Assembly: GCA_947586835.1 (NCBI GenBank)
Contig: CANPXT010000006.1
Location: forward strand, 422 to 64,421
Length of the DNA: 64,000 nt
Reading direction: 5' to 3'
From: an uncultured Alphaproteobacteria bacterium
GTDB lineage: Bacteria > Pseudomonadota > Alphaproteobacteria > CAAHEQ01 > UBA3637
The notes beneath the pieces were generated by a model. The model worked only from the letters and a program-made list of their open reading frames with translations, had not been told where the DNA came from and did not search any database. Position numbers and translations under genes: made by a program. Shown in pieces: positions 1 to 10,559 of this stretch (its first letter is position 1; each line of letters opens with the position of its first letter).

Positions 1-580
1 GTGCACCACCTTTACTTGTTGCGGTGTTTTTCTCGAAAATATCCGTGTCAAAAAGCGTTTTTCCTTGGAAACCTTCAACGGCTTGATTAAGTGGCATAAG
101 TGTTACCGCACCGCCTTGAGACGCAGAATTTCCCGTAAAAGTAGAATTCAAAACTTTATCTTCTTTAGCCGCTTTGTCATGAGCATCATGCCATAAAGAT
201 AAGGCACCACCTGAACCGCCGTCTACTGTGGTTTTGTTATTTGTAAAAGTGCTGTTATTAATTGTTGTTTGTTTTTGTGTTGAATTCCAGCCAATATCAG
301 GATACATATTCATGTAAACACCATAATTGCTGCTATCCCAACCATCTGCGGTAATTTGAAGCTCATTATTTGTTTCATCATAATCACCTGTAACTTTATC
401 TTTTGAGTCAGAATCTTTGGATAGTGTTTTTTCTGAACTAAAAAATAAAGCATTTTTATTAATGGTTGATTGCAGGTCTTGAGCGCTGGCGGGTAATGCA
501 ACCATAGTGCCCATTAAAAGCGCAGCATTTAATAAAGCGCATTTCTTTAAAATATGTCCGTACTCATGCGATAAATACAT
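1..580 (-). CDS. Pmp-repeat (FxxN/GGA) autotransporter-like surface protein, N-terminal part only; the ORF runs off the left edge, so it is absent from the supplied ORF track
   Basis: Hand translation of the minus strand from ATG at 580 is open for 193 codons down to position 2, with an in-frame TAG upstream at 608-610. The N-terminus MYLSHEYGHILKKCALLNAALLMGTMVALPASA/QD is signal-peptide-like. Three FxxN...GGA units follow (STFTNNKTTVDGGSGGALSL, STFTGNSASQGGAVTL, DIFEKNTATSKGGA), typical of polymorphic-membrane-protein passenger repeats. Confidence 0.6.
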   Translation of the reverse strand, partial: MYLSHEYGHILKKCALLNAALLMGTMVALPASAQDLQSTINKNALFFSSEKTLSKDSDSKDKVTGDYDETNNELQITADGWDSSNYGVYMNMYPDIGWNSTQKQTTINNSTFTNNKTTVDGGSGGALSLWHDAHDKAAKEDKVLNSTFTGNSASQGGAVTLMPLNQAVEGFQGKTLFDTDIFEKNTATSKGGA

Positions 581-681
581 AAGTGCTGTTTTTGAATATT
601 TTATCATACTAATTTCTCCTTGATAATTAAATTAAAGTATTGATGCTCTTTTTTATGAAGAACATCACTCCTCGACTATTG

Positions 682-709
682 AGTATACAAAAACGTACGT
701 TTAATGCAA
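682..709 (-). promoter_or_regulatory. Putative sigma70-type promoter of the Pmp-like gene (TTGCAT-16 nt-TATACT on the minus strand), with the palindrome AAACGTACGTTT lying in the spacer
   Basis: Plus-strand atgcaa at 704-709 gives -35 TTGCAT. Plus-strand agtata at 682-687 gives -10 TATACT. The -35 lies inside the gene-proximal inverted-repeat arm. Confidence 0.4.
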
Positions 710-843
710 CGATTTTTTCGACACTTTTGAAGGGTAAGCAAAAAAATTAAGGAAAAAATAAAAAACAATAAAAATCAATGAGTTAAAAGAAAAATAAATT
801 TTTTTTGCAAAAAATGAAAAAAAGTGTTGCAAAAAACGTACGT
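693..843. repeat. IR-flanked upstream module, copy A: 26-bp arms (22/26 complementary) at 693-718 and 818-843 around a 99-bp A/T-rich spacer
   Basis: Arm 693-718 is ACGTACGTTTAATGCAACGATTTTTT. The reverse complement of 818-843 is ACGTACGTTTTTTGCAACACTTTTTT. The spacer and the distal flank (TTATTTTGTGCAG) are homologous to copies at 24656-24805 and 42749-42899. Confidence 0.85.
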
Positions 844-1158
844 TTATTTTGTGCAGTGAGGAAATCCACCGAACGGCTGATTTTCTTTCCCCCGATGCTC
901 TAGTTTTTTTAACTCCCATTCGGCAGAAAACCTCTCTTTTTTTAGACCATCAAACTGACAATAAAAACAACAAGAAAAAAAATCTCATCAATCACCAGTT
1001 TCGGGAAATATGATCAGAAACATAATATTGTCATTAATAATAAAACAATTTTATTTTAATATTCAATATGTTAATAATAATTTTTAATGTATTAAATTAA
1101 TATAAAAAGCAATCAAGATTATCAATAATTAAAGCTATATTACAACGCTTTTTATAAG

Positions 1159-1196
1159 AAAAAAAGCCCGTTGACAATTGAGCCAACGGGCTTTTG
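1159..1196 (-). terminator. Rho-independent terminator downstream of ppdK
   Basis: GC stem AGCCCGTTG (1165-1173) pairs with CAACGGGCT (1184-1192). It is followed on the minus strand by a T-run (plus-strand A-run 1159-1165). Confidence 0.7.
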
Positions 1197-1212
1197 GTTT
1201 GAATGGAAATAA

Positions 1213-3879
1213 TTATTTCTTTTCGTTGCGGACTGCCGCTTGCGCTGCTGCCAATCGTGCAATAGGAACACGATACGGTGAGCAGGAAACATAAGTTAAT
1301 CCGACCCGATGACAGAAGTCAATGGTTTTCGGATCTCCACCGTGTTCGCCGCAAATACCCAGTTTGATATTCGGACGAACGGATTTTCCTTTCTGTACGG
1401 CAATTTCAACCAACGCACCCACACCTTCCTGATCCAATGAGGCAAACGGATCTTGTTCGTAAATGCCTTTTTGGACATATTCGGGTAAGAACGAACCGGC
1501 ATCATCACGACTCATACCCAAGGTTGTTTGCGTTAAGTCGTTTGTTCCGAAACTGAAAAATTCGGCTGTTTCGGCAATCTTGTCAGCCGTGATTGCTGCC
1601 CGCGGCAATTCAATCATGGTTCCGACATGATATTCGAATTTCTTGCCTGATTCGGTCATGACTTCATCAGCCACTTTCACCACAACGGCTTTGGCTAAAT
1701 CAAGCTCTTTTTTCGTGCCGACAAGCGGAATCATAATTTCCGGTACAATGGTTTTACCTGTTTTCGACATAACTTCAACAGCCGCTTCAAAAACAGCCCG
1801 TGCCTGCATTTCGTTGATTTCAGGATATGTAATGCCTAACCGACAACCGCGATGTCCCAACATTGGGTTGGCTTCGTGTAATTTGGCTGTCCGTGCAGCA
1901 ATTTCTTCAACACTGACGCCTAATTCACGGGCAATTTCTGCCTGTTCTTCGCGCTTGTTCGGCAAGAACTCATGCAATGGCGGATCCAAGAAACGAATGG
2001 TAACCGGTAAACCTTCCATAATGGTAAATAGGTCAACAAAGTCTTGACGTTGATACGGTAACAATTTTGCCAAAGCTTTACGGCGATCTTCAACCGTGTG
2101 CGACAAAATCATTTCGCGCATGTGATTAATCCGTGCCGGATCAAAGAACATGTGTTCCGTACGGCACAAACCGATACCTTCCGCACCGAATTGACGAGCC
2201 GTTTTGGCATCAAGCGGTGTTTCGGCATTGGTACGAACACCTAAAGTACGAATTTCATCGACCCAGCTCATAAATTCGCCGAAATTACCCGTCATTTCAG
2301 GTAAAACAAGCTTTAAAGCACCTGACATAACTTGACCGGTTGTTCCGTCAATGGAAATCATATCGCCTTCTTTAATAATCGTTTCACCGACTTTTAAGAA
2401 TTTACCTTCATAATCAATTCTTAAATCAGATACGCCGGACACACACGGTTTACCCATTCCGCGCGCCACAACGGCTGCGTGAGATGTCATACCGCCGCGG
2501 GCTGTTAAAATACCTTGCGAAACATGCATACCGGCAATATCTTCCGGTGAAGTTTCAATACGAACCAAAACAACTTTTTTGCCTTCGCCGGCTTGTTTTT
2601 CAGCATCTTCCGCCGAGAATACGACCTGACCGACGGCAGCACCGGGAGAAGCCGGTAAACCGGTTGTTAAAACAACCCGTTTTTCCGATTTATCAAACAT
2701 CGGGTGCAATAATTGATCCAATTGCGGCGCTTCAACACGCATAATAGCTGTTTTCTTATCAATCAAGCCTTCTTTGACCATTTCAACGGCAATGCGCAAC
2801 GCAGCCGTACCCGTACGTTTACCGTTCCGCGTTTGCAACATCCATAATTTTCCGTCTTGAATGGTAAATTCCATATCTTGCATATCTTTATAATGTGCTT
2901 CCAGTTTTTCACGAATGGCATTCAATTCGTTATAAACGGCAGGGAATTCTTCTTCCATGCAGGGCAGGTCGATATGACGTCGTTCTTTAACAAGTTTTGT
3001 CATCGGTTGAGGTGTACGAATACCGGCCACAACGTCTTCCCCTTGGGCGTTTTTCAAATATTCACCGTAGAAGTAATTTTCACCGGTTGCCGGATCACGC
3101 GAGAAGCAAACGCCGGTTGCCGATGTGTCACCATAGTTACCGAATACCATGGTTTGAACGTTAACGGCTGTACCCCAATCACCAGGAATATTGTTTAATT
3201 TCCGATAATAAATGGCACGATCAACCATCCATGAACCAAACACGGCACCGATACCGCCCCAAAGCTGTTCTTTCGGATCTTGCGGCAAGGGATGTCCGTC
3301 TTTTTCGCAGATTTCCTTATATTCTTTAATAACGGCTTTTAATTGTTCAACCGTCATTTGATTGTCAAACTTGTAACCGTTTTCTTCGCGAACTCTGTCT
3401 AATACGGCTTCAAACTTTGAGCTGTGAACGCCCATCACCACATCGCCATACATTTGAATAAACCGACGATAGCTGTCATAAGCAAACTTTTCATTACCGG
3501 ATTTTTCTGCCAAGCCGACAACCGTTTCATCATTTAAGCCTAAATTCAAAACGGTATCCATCATACCCGGCATGGAAACCCGAGCGCCTGAACGAACCGA
3601 AAATAAAAGAGGATTTTTCGGATCACCGAATTTTTTACCCATTTTGGCTTCAATACCGGCCAAAGCGGTTAAAACCTGATCTTTTAAATCAGCCGGATAT
3701 GTATGATTATTTTCATAGTAATATGTGCAAACTTCCGTTGTAATGGTGAAACCCGGCGGAACGGGAACACCGACACGGCTCATTTCAGCCAGATTCGCGC
3801 CTTTACCGCCTAAAAGATTACGCATGTCGGCATTGCCTTCCGCTGCGCCGTCACCAAATGTGTAAACCCATTTTGTCAT
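1213..3879 (-). CDS. ppdK: Pyruvate, phosphate dikinase
   Basis: 888-aa ORF. N-terminus [24 protein letters not shown], phospho-His region [15 protein letters not shown] and C-terminal PEP-utilising TIM-barrel motifs ([11 protein letters not shown]) are all typical of PPDK. Confidence 0.97.
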   Translation of the reverse strand: MTKWVYTFGDGAAEGNADMRNLLGGKGANLAEMSRVGVPVPPGFTITTEVCTYYYENNHTYPADLKDQVLTALAGIEAKMGKKFGDPKNPLLFSVRSGARVSMPGMMDTVLNLGLNDETVVGLAEKSGNEKFAYDSYRRFIQMYGDVVMGVHSSKFEAVLDRVREENGYKFDNQMTVEQLKAVIKEYKEICEKDGHPLPQDPKEQLWGGIGAVFGSWMVDRAIYYRKLNNIPGDWGTAVNVQTMVFGNYGDTSATGVCFSRDPATGENYFYGEYLKNAQGEDVVAGIRTPQPMTKLVKERRHIDLPCMEEEFPAVYNELNAIREKLEAHYKDMQDMEFTIQDGKLWMLQTRNGKRTGTAALRIAVEMVKEGLIDKKTAIMRVEAPQLDQLLHPMFDKSEKRVVLTTGLPASPGAAVGQVVFSAEDAEKQAGEGKKVVLVRIETSPEDIAGMHVSQGILTARGGMTSHAAVVARGMGKPCVSGVSDLRIDYEGKFLKVGETIIKEGDMISIDGTTGQVMSGALKLVLPEMTGNFGEFMSWVDEIRTLGVRTNAETPLDAKTARQFGAEGIGLCRTEHMFFDPARINHMREMILSHTVEDRRKALAKLLPYQRQDFVDLFTIMEGLPVTIRFLDPPLHEFLPNKREEQAEIARELGVSVEEIAARTAKLHEANPMLGHRGCRLGITYPEINEMQARAVFEAAVEVMSKTGKTIVPEIMIPLVGTKKELDLAKAVVVKVADEVMTESGKKFEYHVGTMIELPRAAITADKIAETAEFFSFGTNDLTQTTLGMSRDDAGSFLPEYVQKGIYEQDPFASLDQEGVGALVEIAVQKGKSVRPNIKLGICGEHGGDPKTIDFCHRVGLTYVSCSPYRVPIARLAAAQAAVRNEKK

Positions 3880-4112
3880 TTATTTTTCCTTTGTTATTTG
3901 TTAAAAAAAACCATAAAATACTTTTGATTATGGAAATTGATTTTTTTACCTTGCCTGTTTACCACTTTTTAAAAATGATTGCAAGGCTTTTTTTCAAAAT
4001 TTCAAAAAAAAGTCATAAAAATACTTTTTTTAGACGAATATTCTTTTTTTTCTTCCCTTTTATACCAAAATAATGTTATAAAGAATTGAAACGACACTTG
4101 AAAGAGGCTCAA

Positions 4113-6332
4113 ATGACAGAACAACTTGATATTCAAACAATTGATTTAATTCGAACAGGACGTTTTTACGGCGATATTTTTTCGGTCTTGGGTATGCATG
4201 AAGAAAAAAATCCGACAGGCAAAAAAATAATTGTCGTTCGAACATTTCAACCGCAGGCAGAGAAAATTGAATTAATCAACTGCAATACAAAAGAAACCTT
4301 TTTAATGAATAAAAGAACATCAGACGGTTTTTTTGAATGCGTGTTTGCCGATTCCTCATTTTTCGAATATGCTTTTAAAATCACGCTTTATGGCGGAGAT
4401 ACTTATGAAACGCGAGATGTCTATAGCTTTTTACCTGTTTTGGGCGATTTTGATTTATATCTCTTTAACGAAGGGACTCATAAGGAAATATATGAAAAAC
4501 TGGGTGCGCATTTAATAGCGCATCAAGGTTGTAAAGGCGTTTGTTTTGCCGTTTGGGCACCAAACGCCAAACGAGTCAGTGTTGTCGGTAATTTTAATGA
4601 TTGGGACGGTCGGCGTCATGTTATGCGACCGCGGGGACAATCCGGCGTGTGGGAATTATTTATTCCGCATTTGAAAGAGTGGAGTATATATAAATATGAA
4701 ATTATCGGAGCTGACGGCGAGTTGCTGCCGTTAAAAATTGATCCTTACGGACAGGCGTTTGAAATGCGTCCGAAAACGGGAACACTGGTTTTTGATCAAA
4801 ACACTTATGATTGGAACGATTCTCACTGGATTTCACGCGAACGTTATCGGGTTAACGCATTGGATAAGCCGATTTCCGTATACGAGGTACATTTCGGATC
4901 ATGGCGTCGAAATGCATTGGAAAATAATCGCTGGCTGACTTATCGGGAAATGGCGGAAGAGTTGCCGGCCTACTTGCTTGAAAACAAATTTACACATGTG
5001 GAATTTTTACCATTGGCAGAGTATCCGTTTGACGGATCTTGGGGGTATCAGCCGACAGGACTTTACGCGCCGACAAGCCGATACGGATCGCCGAATGATT
5101 TTAAATATTTGATTGATAAACTGCATCAGGCGGGAATCGGGGTTATCATGGACTGGGTACCTGCTCATTTTCCGAAGGATGCTTTCGGACTTTCAAACTT
5201 TGACGGTACAGCTCTTTATGAACATCAGGATCCGCGTTTGGGGGAACATAAAGACTGGGGAACCAAAATCTATAATTACGGCAGAAATGAAGTTTCTTGC
5301 TTTTTATCGGCCAATGCTTTGTTTTGGATCAGAGAATATCATATCGATGCGTTGCGGGTTGACGCCGTTGCCAGTATGTTATATCTTGATTATTCCCGAA
5401 AAGAGGGTGAATGGATCCCCAACAAATACGGCGGACGTGAAAACATTGAAGCCATTAATTTCCTGCGTCGCTTAAATGAATATATATATGGCGAGAATGT
5501 AGGCGCGGTTACGTTTGCGGAAGAATCAACCTCATGGCCTATGGTTTCCAAACCGACTTATATCGGCGGTTTAGGTTTCGGCTATAAGTGGAATATGGGG
5601 TGGATGCATGATACATTGGAGTATATGCAACATGATCCCGTATTACGGAAATATCGTCAAAACGAGCTGACATTCAGTTTTCTTTATACTTTTTATGAAA
5701 ACTTTATTTTACCGCTTTCGCATGATGAGGTTGTTCACGGAAAAGGTCCTATGATTGACAAAATGCCGGGTGATTTTTGGCAGAAAATGGCTAATTTGCG
5801 TTTATACTATACTTATCAGTTTATGCATCCCGGCAAAAAACTTCTTTTTATGGGGAATGAATTTGCCGTTCGACGGGAATGGAATTATGCCGACAGTTTA
5901 GATTGGGATTTGTTAAAAAATCCAATTCATTTGGGTTTGCTGCGATTAATAAAAGAATTGAACACGTTATATCAAACAAAGAGCGAATTATATGAACTGG
6001 ATTGCGAACCCGGCGGATTTGAATGGATTGATGGCAGTGACAGCGATAACTCCGTTTTAACGTTTATGCGAAAAAATAAAGCAGGGGACACCTTAATTAT
6101 TGCCTGCAACTTTACACCGGTTGTTCGAAAAGATTATCGAATCGGCGTTAACCAAGCCGGACAATATAAAGAAATATTTAATTCTGATGATACGCTTTTT
6201 GCCGGTTCCGGCGTTATCAATAAAGATATTCTCGAAACATCCGACGGGTGGAATTTTAAACCGTTTTCTTTAACCGTTACATTACCGCCGCTTGGTGTTT
6301 CAGTTTTTCAGCTTAAAAAAGAGAGGGAATAA
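4113..6332 (+). CDS. glgB: 1,4-alpha-glucan (glycogen) branching enzyme
   Basis: GH13 motifs are present (DWVPAHF, GIDALRVDAVASMLY, FAEESTSWP, LSHDEVVHGK). The ATG at 4113 follows AAAGAGG; the TTG at 4086 in the ORF track is less likely to be the start. Confidence 0.95.
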   Translation: MTEQLDIQTIDLIRTGRFYGDIFSVLGMHEEKNPTGKKIIVVRTFQPQAEKIELINCNTKETFLMNKRTSDGFFECVFADSSFFEYAFKITLYGGDTYETRDVYSFLPVLGDFDLYLFNEGTHKEIYEKLGAHLIAHQGCKGVCFAVWAPNAKRVSVVGNFNDWDGRRHVMRPRGQSGVWELFIPHLKEWSIYKYEIIGADGELLPLKIDPYGQAFEMRPKTGTLVFDQNTYDWNDSHWISRERYRVNALDKPISVYEVHFGSWRRNALENNRWLTYREMAEELPAYLLENKFTHVEFLPLAEYPFDGSWGYQPTGLYAPTSRYGSPNDFKYLIDKLHQAGIGVIMDWVPAHFPKDAFGLSNFDGTALYEHQDPRLGEHKDWGTKIYNYGRNEVSCFLSANALFWIREYHIDALRVDAVASMLYLDYSRKEGEWIPNKYGGRENIEAINFLRRLNEYIYGENVGAVTFAEESTSWPMVSKPTYIGGLGFGYKWNMGWMHDTLEYMQHDPVLRKYRQNELTFSFLYTFYENFILPLSHDEVVHGKGPMIDKMPGDFWQKMANLRLYYTYQFMHPGKKLLFMGNEFAVRREWNYADSLDWDLLKNPIHLGLLRLIKELNTLYQTKSELYELDCEPGGFEWIDGSDSDNSVLTFMRKNKAGDTLIIACNFTPVVRKDYRIGVNQAGQYKEIFNSDDTLFAGSGVINKDILETSDGWNFKPFSLTVTLPPLGVSVFQLKKERE

Positions 6333-8353
6333 TGAGCTATGAAGTTTTAAAGGGGTATCCTTATCCGTTAGGTGCTCAATATGACGGTAAAGGCGTTAAT
6401 TTTGCGCTTTTTTCGGCTCATGCGCAAAAAGTGGAATTATGTTTATTTGACAAAAACGAAAAACATGAAGAACGCATTGTTTTACCCGAATATACCGACG
6501 AGGTTTTTCACGGTTATGTTGTCGGACTCAAACCGGGACAATTGTACGGCTATCGTGTTTACGGACCGTATGAACCGGAAAAAGGCAATCGATATAATCC
6601 GAATAAATTGTTAATTGATCCCTATGCAAAACAATTAACGCGCGCTGTTAAAGCACATAACGCTCTTTTGGGATACAATCCGTTATCCGTTCGGGAAGAC
6701 TTGTCGTTTTCACGCAAAAACTCGGCGCCGTATGTGCCAAAATGTATTGTCACCGATGAACAGAGTTTCGATTGGGAAAATGTCAAAAAACCGCTTATTC
6801 CGTGGGATGAAGAAATTATTTATGAAACGCATCTCAAAGGATTTACCATGCTTAATCCGGAAATTAATACCGATATTCGCGGTACGTTTGCCGGATTAAG
6901 CTCTCAAAAAGCCATTCAATATTTAAAGTCGCTCGGTATTCATGCGGTGGAACTTTTACCGATTGCCGCTTTTATGGAATCCGGTTTTTTGCAGGAAAAA
7001 GGCTTAACAAACTATTGGGGATATGATCCGATTGCTTTTATGGCACCGCATGCACCTTATTTATCAGGCTTTGACTTAAACGAGTTGAAAAAAACAGTAC
7101 GTCTGTTTCATGAAGCCGGCATTGAGGTGATATTGGATGTTGTTTATAATCACACGGGTGAGGGCAATCATAAAGGGCACACACTTTGCTATCGCGGCAT
7201 TGATAATCAAATTTATTATCGCTTGAATAAAGACAATCCTCGTTTTTATGATGATACGACAGGGTGCGGAGCTTCCTTTAATTTAGGACATCCGCGTGTA
7301 TTGCAGTTGGTTATGGATACATTAAGATATTGGGCAGATACCGTTCAAATTGACGGCTTTCGTTTTGATTTAGCAACGACATTGGCTCGAAACGATAATA
7401 ACCAATATGCCATTAACAGTGACTTTTTATCAACCGTTCAACAAGATCCGACATTGCAGCGACTGAAACTTATTGCCGAACCATGGGATTTAGGTTGGGG
7501 TGGTTATCAGGTCGGTGCTTTTCGTCCCGGTTGGGCAGAGTGGAATGATAAATTTCGCGATACCGCACGCCGGTTTTGGAAAGGCGAGGAAGGATGCGCC
7601 AGTGAAATGGCTTCTCGCTTAACCGGATCTTCCGATGTGTTTAGTTATAAGGGTCGAAAACCGTGGGAATCGGTTAATTTTATAACCGCACATGATGGTT
7701 TTACAATGTATGATTTGGTTTCGTATAATCAAAAACATAATGAAGCAAACGGCGAAAATAATCGTGACGGAAATGACAATAATCTCTCGTGGAACAGCGG
7801 TGCAGAAGGGGAAACGAACAATCAAAATATTTTAAATAATCGTGAACGGCGGGCAAGGGCATTGATGGCAACGCTTTTATTGTCCGTCGGTACGCCGATG
7901 ATTCAATCCGGCGATGAAATTTTATCAACTCATAAAGGCAATAATAATGTCTATGCTCAAGATAATGAGCTTTCATGGATTGATTGGAGTCATATTTCCT
8001 CGCAAGGCAAACGTATGCTTGAATTTACAAAAAAATTGATTGCATTTCGAAAGAGTGAACCGATTTTAAAATACGGGTATTTTCTAACACCTGAAGAATG
8101 CATCTGGCTAAAACCAAACGGTACACAAATGCAAGAAAATGATTGGCAACATTTTGTTCGAACGATAGCTTGTTTAATAAATAATGAAAACAGTAAGTTA
8201 TTTATAATATTTAATGCATTTAATGAAGATATAACATATCAAATTCCTTCAAATGTGCATTGGAGAGCAGTGCTTGACAGCAGTGAAAAAATGAAACTAA
8301 ATCAAGATAATATTATTGTTCCGGCTTGGAGTGTGGTTGTTTTAAAAGGATAA
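6332..8353 (+). CDS. glgX: Glycogen debranching enzyme (GlgX type, GH13)
   Basis: N-terminus GYPYPLGAQYDGKGVNFALFS, plus motifs VILDVVYNHT, DGFRFDLA, AEPWD and ITAHDGFT. The start overlaps the glgB stop (TAATGA). Confidence 0.93.
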   Translation: MSYEVLKGYPYPLGAQYDGKGVNFALFSAHAQKVELCLFDKNEKHEERIVLPEYTDEVFHGYVVGLKPGQLYGYRVYGPYEPEKGNRYNPNKLLIDPYAKQLTRAVKAHNALLGYNPLSVREDLSFSRKNSAPYVPKCIVTDEQSFDWENVKKPLIPWDEEIIYETHLKGFTMLNPEINTDIRGTFAGLSSQKAIQYLKSLGIHAVELLPIAAFMESGFLQEKGLTNYWGYDPIAFMAPHAPYLSGFDLNELKKTVRLFHEAGIEVILDVVYNHTGEGNHKGHTLCYRGIDNQIYYRLNKDNPRFYDDTTGCGASFNLGHPRVLQLVMDTLRYWADTVQIDGFRFDLATTLARNDNNQYAINSDFLSTVQQDPTLQRLKLIAEPWDLGWGGYQVGAFRPGWAEWNDKFRDTARRFWKGEEGCASEMASRLTGSSDVFSYKGRKPWESVNFITAHDGFTMYDLVSYNQKHNEANGENNRDGNDNNLSWNSGAEGETNNQNILNNRERRARALMATLLLSVGTPMIQSGDEILSTHKGNNNVYAQDNELSWIDWSHISSQGKRMLEFTKKLIAFRKSEPILKYGYFLTPEECIWLKPNGTQMQENDWQHFVRTIACLINNENSKLFIIFNAFNEDITYQIPSNVHWRAVLDSSEKMKLNQDNIIVPAWSVVVLKG

Positions 8354-8369
8354 TTAGCGGATTAAACAC

Positions 8370-10559
8370 ATGGCTTTTAATGAAGAAAAATTGAATGAAT
8401 TATCTGAAAAATTAGGTATTTATTTATCCTTTACGGATGATGGAACGCACAAAACTTATCAGGCGGACAGAAAATCAAAACAAGTAATCTGCGCCGGGTT
8501 AGGGTATTCGGCTCATTCGGATAAAGCCGTTGAGAAATCATTGATAAAACTTGAAAATCAATTTTGGTTAAATGGGGTTGAAGCCACACATACGGTATAT
8601 TTAGAAGAAATAAAACCGCTTGTTTTTGAAATGGCGCTGCCGAAAAAATTTGAACATAATTGCATTGATTTTGAGTTTCACAAGGAAGATAATACCGTTG
8701 ATAAAGGCTCATTTTGGTTTCACGATATGCCGTTTTTAACCGAAAAGGAAATTAACGGTGTTTGTTATCAAAAACGACGTGTTTATCTGTTTTTAAATGC
8801 TGATTACGGTTACCACCAAATGCATTTTATATTGCCTGATCAACAAGTGATAAAGATGTATGTGTTTGTGGTGCCTCGTACATGTTATCAACCGACAGAA
8901 ACACCTGAAAATAAATATGTTTACGGTTTTCCCGTTCAATTGTATGCTTTAAAAAGTCGTAAAAATTTCGGTATCGGTGATTTTGGTGATTTACGATATT
9001 TGGCCGCTATCGGCAAAAAACTTCATACCGGTTTAATCGGAATCAATCCGCTCAGTGCGCTTTTTGAAGATATGCCGCAAGATGCCAGTCCTTATAGTTC
9101 TTCATCTCGACTGTTTCTTAATCCGCTTTACATTGATATTACGAATGTTGAAGAATTAAAATCACATGAAGCCTTGCAAAAAAAACTCAATACCAAGACT
9201 TTTCAACAAAAATTAGAAACCCTGCGAAATACAAAAGAAGTAAATTATCAAGAAGTTGCTAAAATTAAGTATTCACTGCTCAATCAATTATATCGGCATT
9301 TTATTGAAACAAAACCCGCTAAACGATATGAAGCTTTTCAAAAATTTTGTAAGGAGCAGGGCGAAGAACTGGAAAACTTTTCCGTTTTTCAAGCTATTCG
9401 ATATATATTCGGAAAAGAAAATAAATCTTTATATTGGCGATCATGGGCAAAAGATTTTCAAGATCCGTCAAGTACAGCCATACTACAATTTAAAAATAAA
9501 TATGCCGACTTAGTGAAGGCAATTAAATATCGACAATTTTTGGCTTTCGAACAATATGATGCGGTAGTAAAAATAATGAAACACCAACTGCCTATTGGTT
9601 TGTATACCGATATGCCGGTCGGGGTGTGTGAAAACAGCGCAGAAGTATGGGCACATCAGGATTTGTTTATTGAAGGTGTGTCAGCCGGTGCGCCGCCTGA
9701 TGCATTTAATCGCAAAGGACAAGATTGGGGGTTGGCCGCATTTCATCCGATTGCATTAAAACAAACGGGCTTTTCGGCTTATCGAAAAGTGATTCGACAA
9801 ATGATGCACGGTGCCGGCGCCGTAAGAATTGATCACGCATTCGGATTGGAACGATTGTATTTGCGGGTTAAAAATGGTGCCGGCGCTTATTTAAAATATC
9901 CGTTTAAAACACTGATGGGAATTGTTGCATTGGAGAGCTTACGGGCAAAATGTTTGGTCATTGCCGAAGATTTGGGAACGGCACCGTGCGGATTTTCCGA
10001 CAAAATGACATCGGCCGCGGCTTATTCGTTTAAAATTCTTCATTTCCACAGGCAAGGTGATTCTTTCCAAGCACCGAATTGTTTTCCTCATTACTCGTTA
10101 ATTGCTTCCGGTACGCACGATATGCCTTCATATAGTTCTTTTTATAAGGGATTGGATTTAGCGTTGTCAAAGCGTTTAAAAACCGTTACGACGGCACAAT
10201 ATAACTTGCATCGAAAAGAACGTTTATCAGATAAAAAAGCTTTTATCAATGCGTTTCAAAGGGCTGGGTATCCCATGCCCGATGAATCGATTAAAATAGC
10301 TGTGAATGCCGATGAAACACCTCCATGGTTTATTGAAAATACCTATCGATATTTAAACGATTGTGACAGTCGCTTGTTAATGGTTCGTTTGGAAGATGTC
10401 TTTAATCAAGATGAACAAACCAATGTACCCGGAACATGTTTTGAATATCCGAACTGGCGATATAAACTGCCTGTTTTAACAGAAGATTTTTTAACTGACG
10501 AACGTTTAAAGAAAATTATTAAAATTATTGAAAAAAAACGAGGATCTTCTCATGAATGA
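8370..10559 (+). CDS. malQ: 4-alpha-glucanotransferase (amylomaltase, GH77) with a long N-terminal extension
   Basis: Motifs include GIGDFGDL, SPYSSSSRLFLNPLYID, RIDHAFGL, VIAEDLG and SGTHD. Confidence 0.9.
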   Translation: MAFNEEKLNELSEKLGIYLSFTDDGTHKTYQADRKSKQVICAGLGYSAHSDKAVEKSLIKLENQFWLNGVEATHTVYLEEIKPLVFEMALPKKFEHNCIDFEFHKEDNTVDKGSFWFHDMPFLTEKEINGVCYQKRRVYLFLNADYGYHQMHFILPDQQVIKMYVFVVPRTCYQPTETPENKYVYGFPVQLYALKSRKNFGIGDFGDLRYLAAIGKKLHTGLIGINPLSALFEDMPQDASPYSSSSRLFLNPLYIDITNVEELKSHEALQKKLNTKTFQQKLETLRNTKEVNYQEVAKIKYSLLNQLYRHFIETKPAKRYEAFQKFCKEQGEELENFSVFQAIRYIFGKENKSLYWRSWAKDFQDPSSTAILQFKNKYADLVKAIKYRQFLAFEQYDAVVKIMKHQLPIGLYTDMPVGVCENSAEVWAHQDLFIEGVSAGAPPDAFNRKGQDWGLAAFHPIALKQTGFSAYRKVIRQMMHGAGAVRIDHAFGLERLYLRVKNGAGAYLKYPFKTLMGIVALESLRAKCLVIAEDLGTAPCGFSDKMTSAAAYSFKILHFHRQGDSFQAPNCFPHYSLIASGTHDMPSYSSFYKGLDLALSKRLKTVTTAQYNLHRKERLSDKKAFINAFQRAGYPMPDESIKIAVNADETPPWFIENTYRYLNDCDSRLLMVRLEDVFNQDEQTNVPGTCFEYPNWRYKLPVLTEDFLTDERLKKIIKIIEKKRGSSHE

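Noticed and set aside
701-919. 72-aa ORF on the minus strand covering IR module A.
   Set aside because: It is a translation of the conserved non-coding module. The 'conserved' peptide LQHFFSFF.KKIYFS simply reflects DNA conservation and is out of frame in copy C.
1296-3198. Internal or antisense ORFs within ppdK (1296-1508, 1643-2047, 2484-2744, 2857-3198). Similar nested ORFs occur inside glgB, glgX, malQ, der, bamB, prfA, the ANK gene and others.
   Set aside because: They are embedded in, or antisense to, long well-supported genes, and their translations are low-complexity or lack motifs.
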